Source: an uncultured Verrucomicrobiae bacterium (GTDB lineage: Bacteria > Verrucomicrobiota > Verrucomicrobiia > Limisphaerales > Palsa-1400). From it: 64,000 nucleotides of DNA. Shown in pieces: positions 61,833 to 64,000 of this stretch (its first letter is position 1; every line of letters starts with the position of its first letter). The stretch covers positions 704,001-768,000 of the forward strand of contig CAVXRD010000004.1 of the NCBI GenBank assembly GCA_963764165.1, given 5' to 3'. The position numbers were made by a program, and so were the translations under genes. A model generated the notes under the pieces. The model was not told the DNA's origin. It did no database searches and was given only the letters and a program-made list of their open reading frames with translations.

Positions 61833-62048
61833 TCAGCCGAGTTCTCGACGTGCAGTGGCCAACTCCAATTCTAACGCATCCAAACATGCGAAAAAGGAAT
61901 GACACTCGTCCTGCCAGGGACCTATAAATCTCGCCTGAAATTGTATCGCAACCTCATCCTTCCACGCGGCCTGGCATTCCAACCACGATGCCATAAATTG
62001 TGACCATTCTCGCCTAATCTCCTCATGTGTATCGGACGCATTACCCAT
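61833..62048 (-). CDS. Small WXG100-like helical protein (WxD variant)
   Basis: 71 aa, central AWKDEVA.QF between two helices. Confidence 0.55.
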   Translation of the reverse strand: MGNASDTHEEIRREWSQFMASWLECQAAWKDEVAIQFQARFIGPWQDECHSFFACLDALELELATARRELG

Positions 62049-62127
62049 TTAATTTCCTATTTACGCAATTTAAAATACACGTCATAAACCAGTCGGCACT
62101 TCAAGCACTACGTTGAATTTGCCAGCC

Positions 62128-62466
62128 TCATTTGTCATATTGATTGCCCCCTTGCTCATCAACTTCCTTCGGATGGCTAACGCGAACCAATCCCTTGAAA
62201 CGGTTAGGCAAAGCGTCAAAAAACACACGCCCGTCACTTGGATATACACGGCGTGGTCCTGGCCCCCAAATCCCCTCCTTGATCAGCGATTTTGCGGTTA
62301 AGGGGTTGTCGAATGTTACCCCTTGTTTCTGGGACCACCACACCTTAGCCCTAACTTTAGGAGGGGTATGTTGATAATCCACTATATCTAGTTGTAAGAT
62401 TTCGTCTCTCATGGGCTCCGTTAGCGTATCATAAAAATTGGGACGGCGCAAGGCCCGACAGAACAT
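62128..62466 (-). CDS. Putative immunity protein
   Basis: Start overlaps the toxin stop (TAATG); 112 aa; ...P.DG..FFDAL...F.G. Confidence 0.55.
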   Translation of the reverse strand: MFCRALRRPNFYDTLTEPMRDEILQLDIVDYQHTPPKVRAKVWWSQKQGVTFDNPLTAKSLIKEGIWGPGPRRVYPSDGRVFFDALPNRFKGLVRVSHPKEVDEQGGNQYDK

Positions 62467-63656
62467 TACCTGGTCAAATATCGGCCCCTTTCGAGAAGCA
62501 ATGTGGCACGATTTATCATGTGTCGAACGGCGTCACTGCCAACCAACTCCCTCAACTCGGGAGTCCATACGTTTTGAGTCTTCAAAAAGTGTGTTAGTCG
62601 ATCGCGGCTCGCACGACTGATTTCCTCCCCGGCGGCCGGAGCCATCCGCCAATCAACTTCTCCGCTGGAGCTCAAGCAGTCCCCATTATCGATTAAAGCC
62701 AAGTCAATGCCGTCCGGTCGTTTTCGGAGCATCCAGTTGTCCCCGTGTCGATCAACGTGGCCGATAATCTCATCGAGGAGCTGCCAATCGTGGCGCTGCT
62801 CTTTACAAAGTCTATCGAGAACTGTATCGTCGAATTCACCAAGATCCTCCAGTTCTCCAAATGTTAGGTATCCACTTTGGAACAACTGCGCGCTACCAGT
62901 TCTGTTATTGTAGCGAATCACCTCGGTCGGTGGAACTAAGTGAAGGCCAAGAATGTCGTCTACTAGAGATGCTGCCTTTTCACGAAGATATCTTGTTCCT
63001 GGTGCGATACCGGGAAAATACCCTGATTGTTCACCATCACCCGGTTTAAATATCACTTGCAGATCATTCCTATCACTCGTTAGGCGGAAGGAATCATTTG
63101 CGTTATGCCCTTCGATCCGTTCGGCGGTAGTGAATCTAGCGTCTCTAATTTTCGCCCGAACACCTGGAGCCGTAATACTGAAGAGCAGGTTATCCATTGC
63201 GCACGAGTTAAAGATTGGAATCGATAACTCAGGTGCATCAATGTCCGCCTTTAAATAGGCTTCTAAATCCTCACCCGCACGATTCAAGAAGTCGCGAGCC
63301 TTGACCGAGTGTTCATCTGCCAAAGCCAACATTGTTCTGGAGTGCCGTCGATACGCATTGGACGCGACCGAAAGATCGTTGATCCTACGTTTGATACTGT
63401 CAAGATCTTCCTCAACTCCTTCAAGTCGCCTCTGCTGCCATCTCGTGTCTTCATCTTCGTCCGCGGAATCAATTTGATCTTGCAGGTTAGAAATCTTGCG
63501 ATGTAAGTCACTTCGCCGATCTTCCAAGTCGTCCATCACGCGCTGGATTTGAGTGTCTATGAATAGCAAGCGCTCTTTAACGGAAGTTGCCCACCGGCGG
63601 CAGGCATTTTCCATGTTTTGAATTGCCTCGACACTGGCATTGACTCCGTCGCTCAT
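62466..63656 (-). CDS. Putative secreted toxin: helical WXG/LXG-like N-terminus + PI3/4-kinase/HipA-like kinase domain
   Basis: Coiled-coil N-terminus ending LEAYL; IFKP..GE, REKAASLVD..LGL.LVPPT, GSAQLF, DRHGDNW, LIDNG. Confidence 0.75.
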   Translation of the reverse strand: MSDGVNASVEAIQNMENACRRWATSVKERLLFIDTQIQRVMDDLEDRRSDLHRKISNLQDQIDSADEDEDTRWQQRRLEGVEEDLDSIKRRINDLSVASNAYRRHSRTMLALADEHSVKARDFLNRAGEDLEAYLKADIDAPELSIPIFNSCAMDNLLFSITAPGVRAKIRDARFTTAERIEGHNANDSFRLTSDRNDLQVIFKPGDGEQSGYFPGIAPGTRYLREKAASLVDDILGLHLVPPTEVIRYNNRTGSAQLFQSGYLTFGELEDLGEFDDTVLDRLCKEQRHDWQLLDEIIGHVDRHGDNWMLRKRPDGIDLALIDNGDCLSSSGEVDWRMAPAAGEEISRASRDRLTHFLKTQNVWTPELRELVGSDAVRHMINRATLLLERGRYLTR

Positions 63657-63670
63657 GGAAGCAAATAGAT

Positions 63671-63949
63671 TTAACGTCTATGCAAATATTTTTCGGCTAA
63701 AGATGCTTTCTCCCTGAGAAAGTCGGCATATTTGGTGCCGAGGCTATTCAGCTTATTGATGTCATCAATACAAGACTCCAGTCTTCGCCTAAAAACCGTG
63801 TATTTATCATCCTTCCAGACGGCATTCGCGGTAGCTACGGCTTCTCGCATTTGTTTCGTGCGACCGCGAAGGCGTTTGATCGATTCTTCCAACGAATCGG
63901 CGAAATGTTTAACATGTGCCGGGGAAACGATAGCAGTTTGAGAGCTCAT
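63671..63949 (-). CDS. WXG100/ESAT-6-like protein (WxD variant)
   Basis: 92 aa helix-turn-helix with central VWKDDKY..F and C-terminal L.EKA..AE.YL. Confidence 0.72.
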   Translation of the reverse strand: MSSQTAIVSPAHVKHFADSLEESIKRLRGRTKQMREAVATANAVWKDDKYTVFRRRLESCIDDINKLNSLGTKYADFLREKASLAEKYLHRR

Positions 63950-64000
63950 AGCGTATCTGGGGCCTTTTTCAAATAGTTGAACAAAAGAAGTGCATCCTCC
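63946..64000 (-). CDS. 3' end of an upstream ORF running off the window
   Basis: ...EDALLLFNYLKKAPDTL* with TGA overlapping the WXG-like ATG. Confidence 0.4.
   Translation of the reverse strand, partial: EDALLLFNYLKKAPDTL

Overview
Bacterial genomic DNA, probably from a Verrucomicrobia-like diderm (inferred from a '...NWT...FQFT...ATN...RFYQVRSP' C-terminal fragment and the Rhs and sensor-kinase style). 1-28.1 kb is GC-rich and host-like. It holds three glycosidases (GH36, GH97, GH95), a beta-propeller/Y_Y_Y sensor kinase with a NarL-type regulator, a mosaic surface-protein gene, zwf and a GH63-like glucosidase. It also holds a 7-gene redox cluster (pentaheme cytochrome, beta-barrel, membrane-anchored FNR/2Fe-2S, tetraheme c554-like, tandem cNMP-binding/4x[4Fe-4S] protein, 4-His membrane protein, decaheme cytochrome; 19 CxxCH motifs) that could form a cyclic-nucleotide-controlled trans-envelope electron conduit. 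28.2-64 kb is a mosaic accessory/mobile region. Defence-like genes: an REase-NTPase, a His-rich Zn-finger + E2-E1 + JAB operon with no CD-NTase, a Type IIG-like RM gene and a HEPN-like gene. Mobile functions: a large serine recombinase, IS4/IS66/IS1380 elements, VirD4-like ATPase, Replic_Relax protein, WGR-ligase and primase. Toxin loci: a broken Rhs toxin with immunity gene, and a WXG100-like cluster with a kinase-domain toxin. Non-coding signals: a TTGCC-N6-G(G/C)CAA-type palindrome in front of seven mobile-element genes, a ~400-nt nested stem-loop region, three dispersed repeat families, and two independent frameshifts in the identical context CAGTAC[C]GATG. No rRNA, complete tRNA or CRISPR array was seen. 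All assignments come from motif recognition by eye, not database searches.
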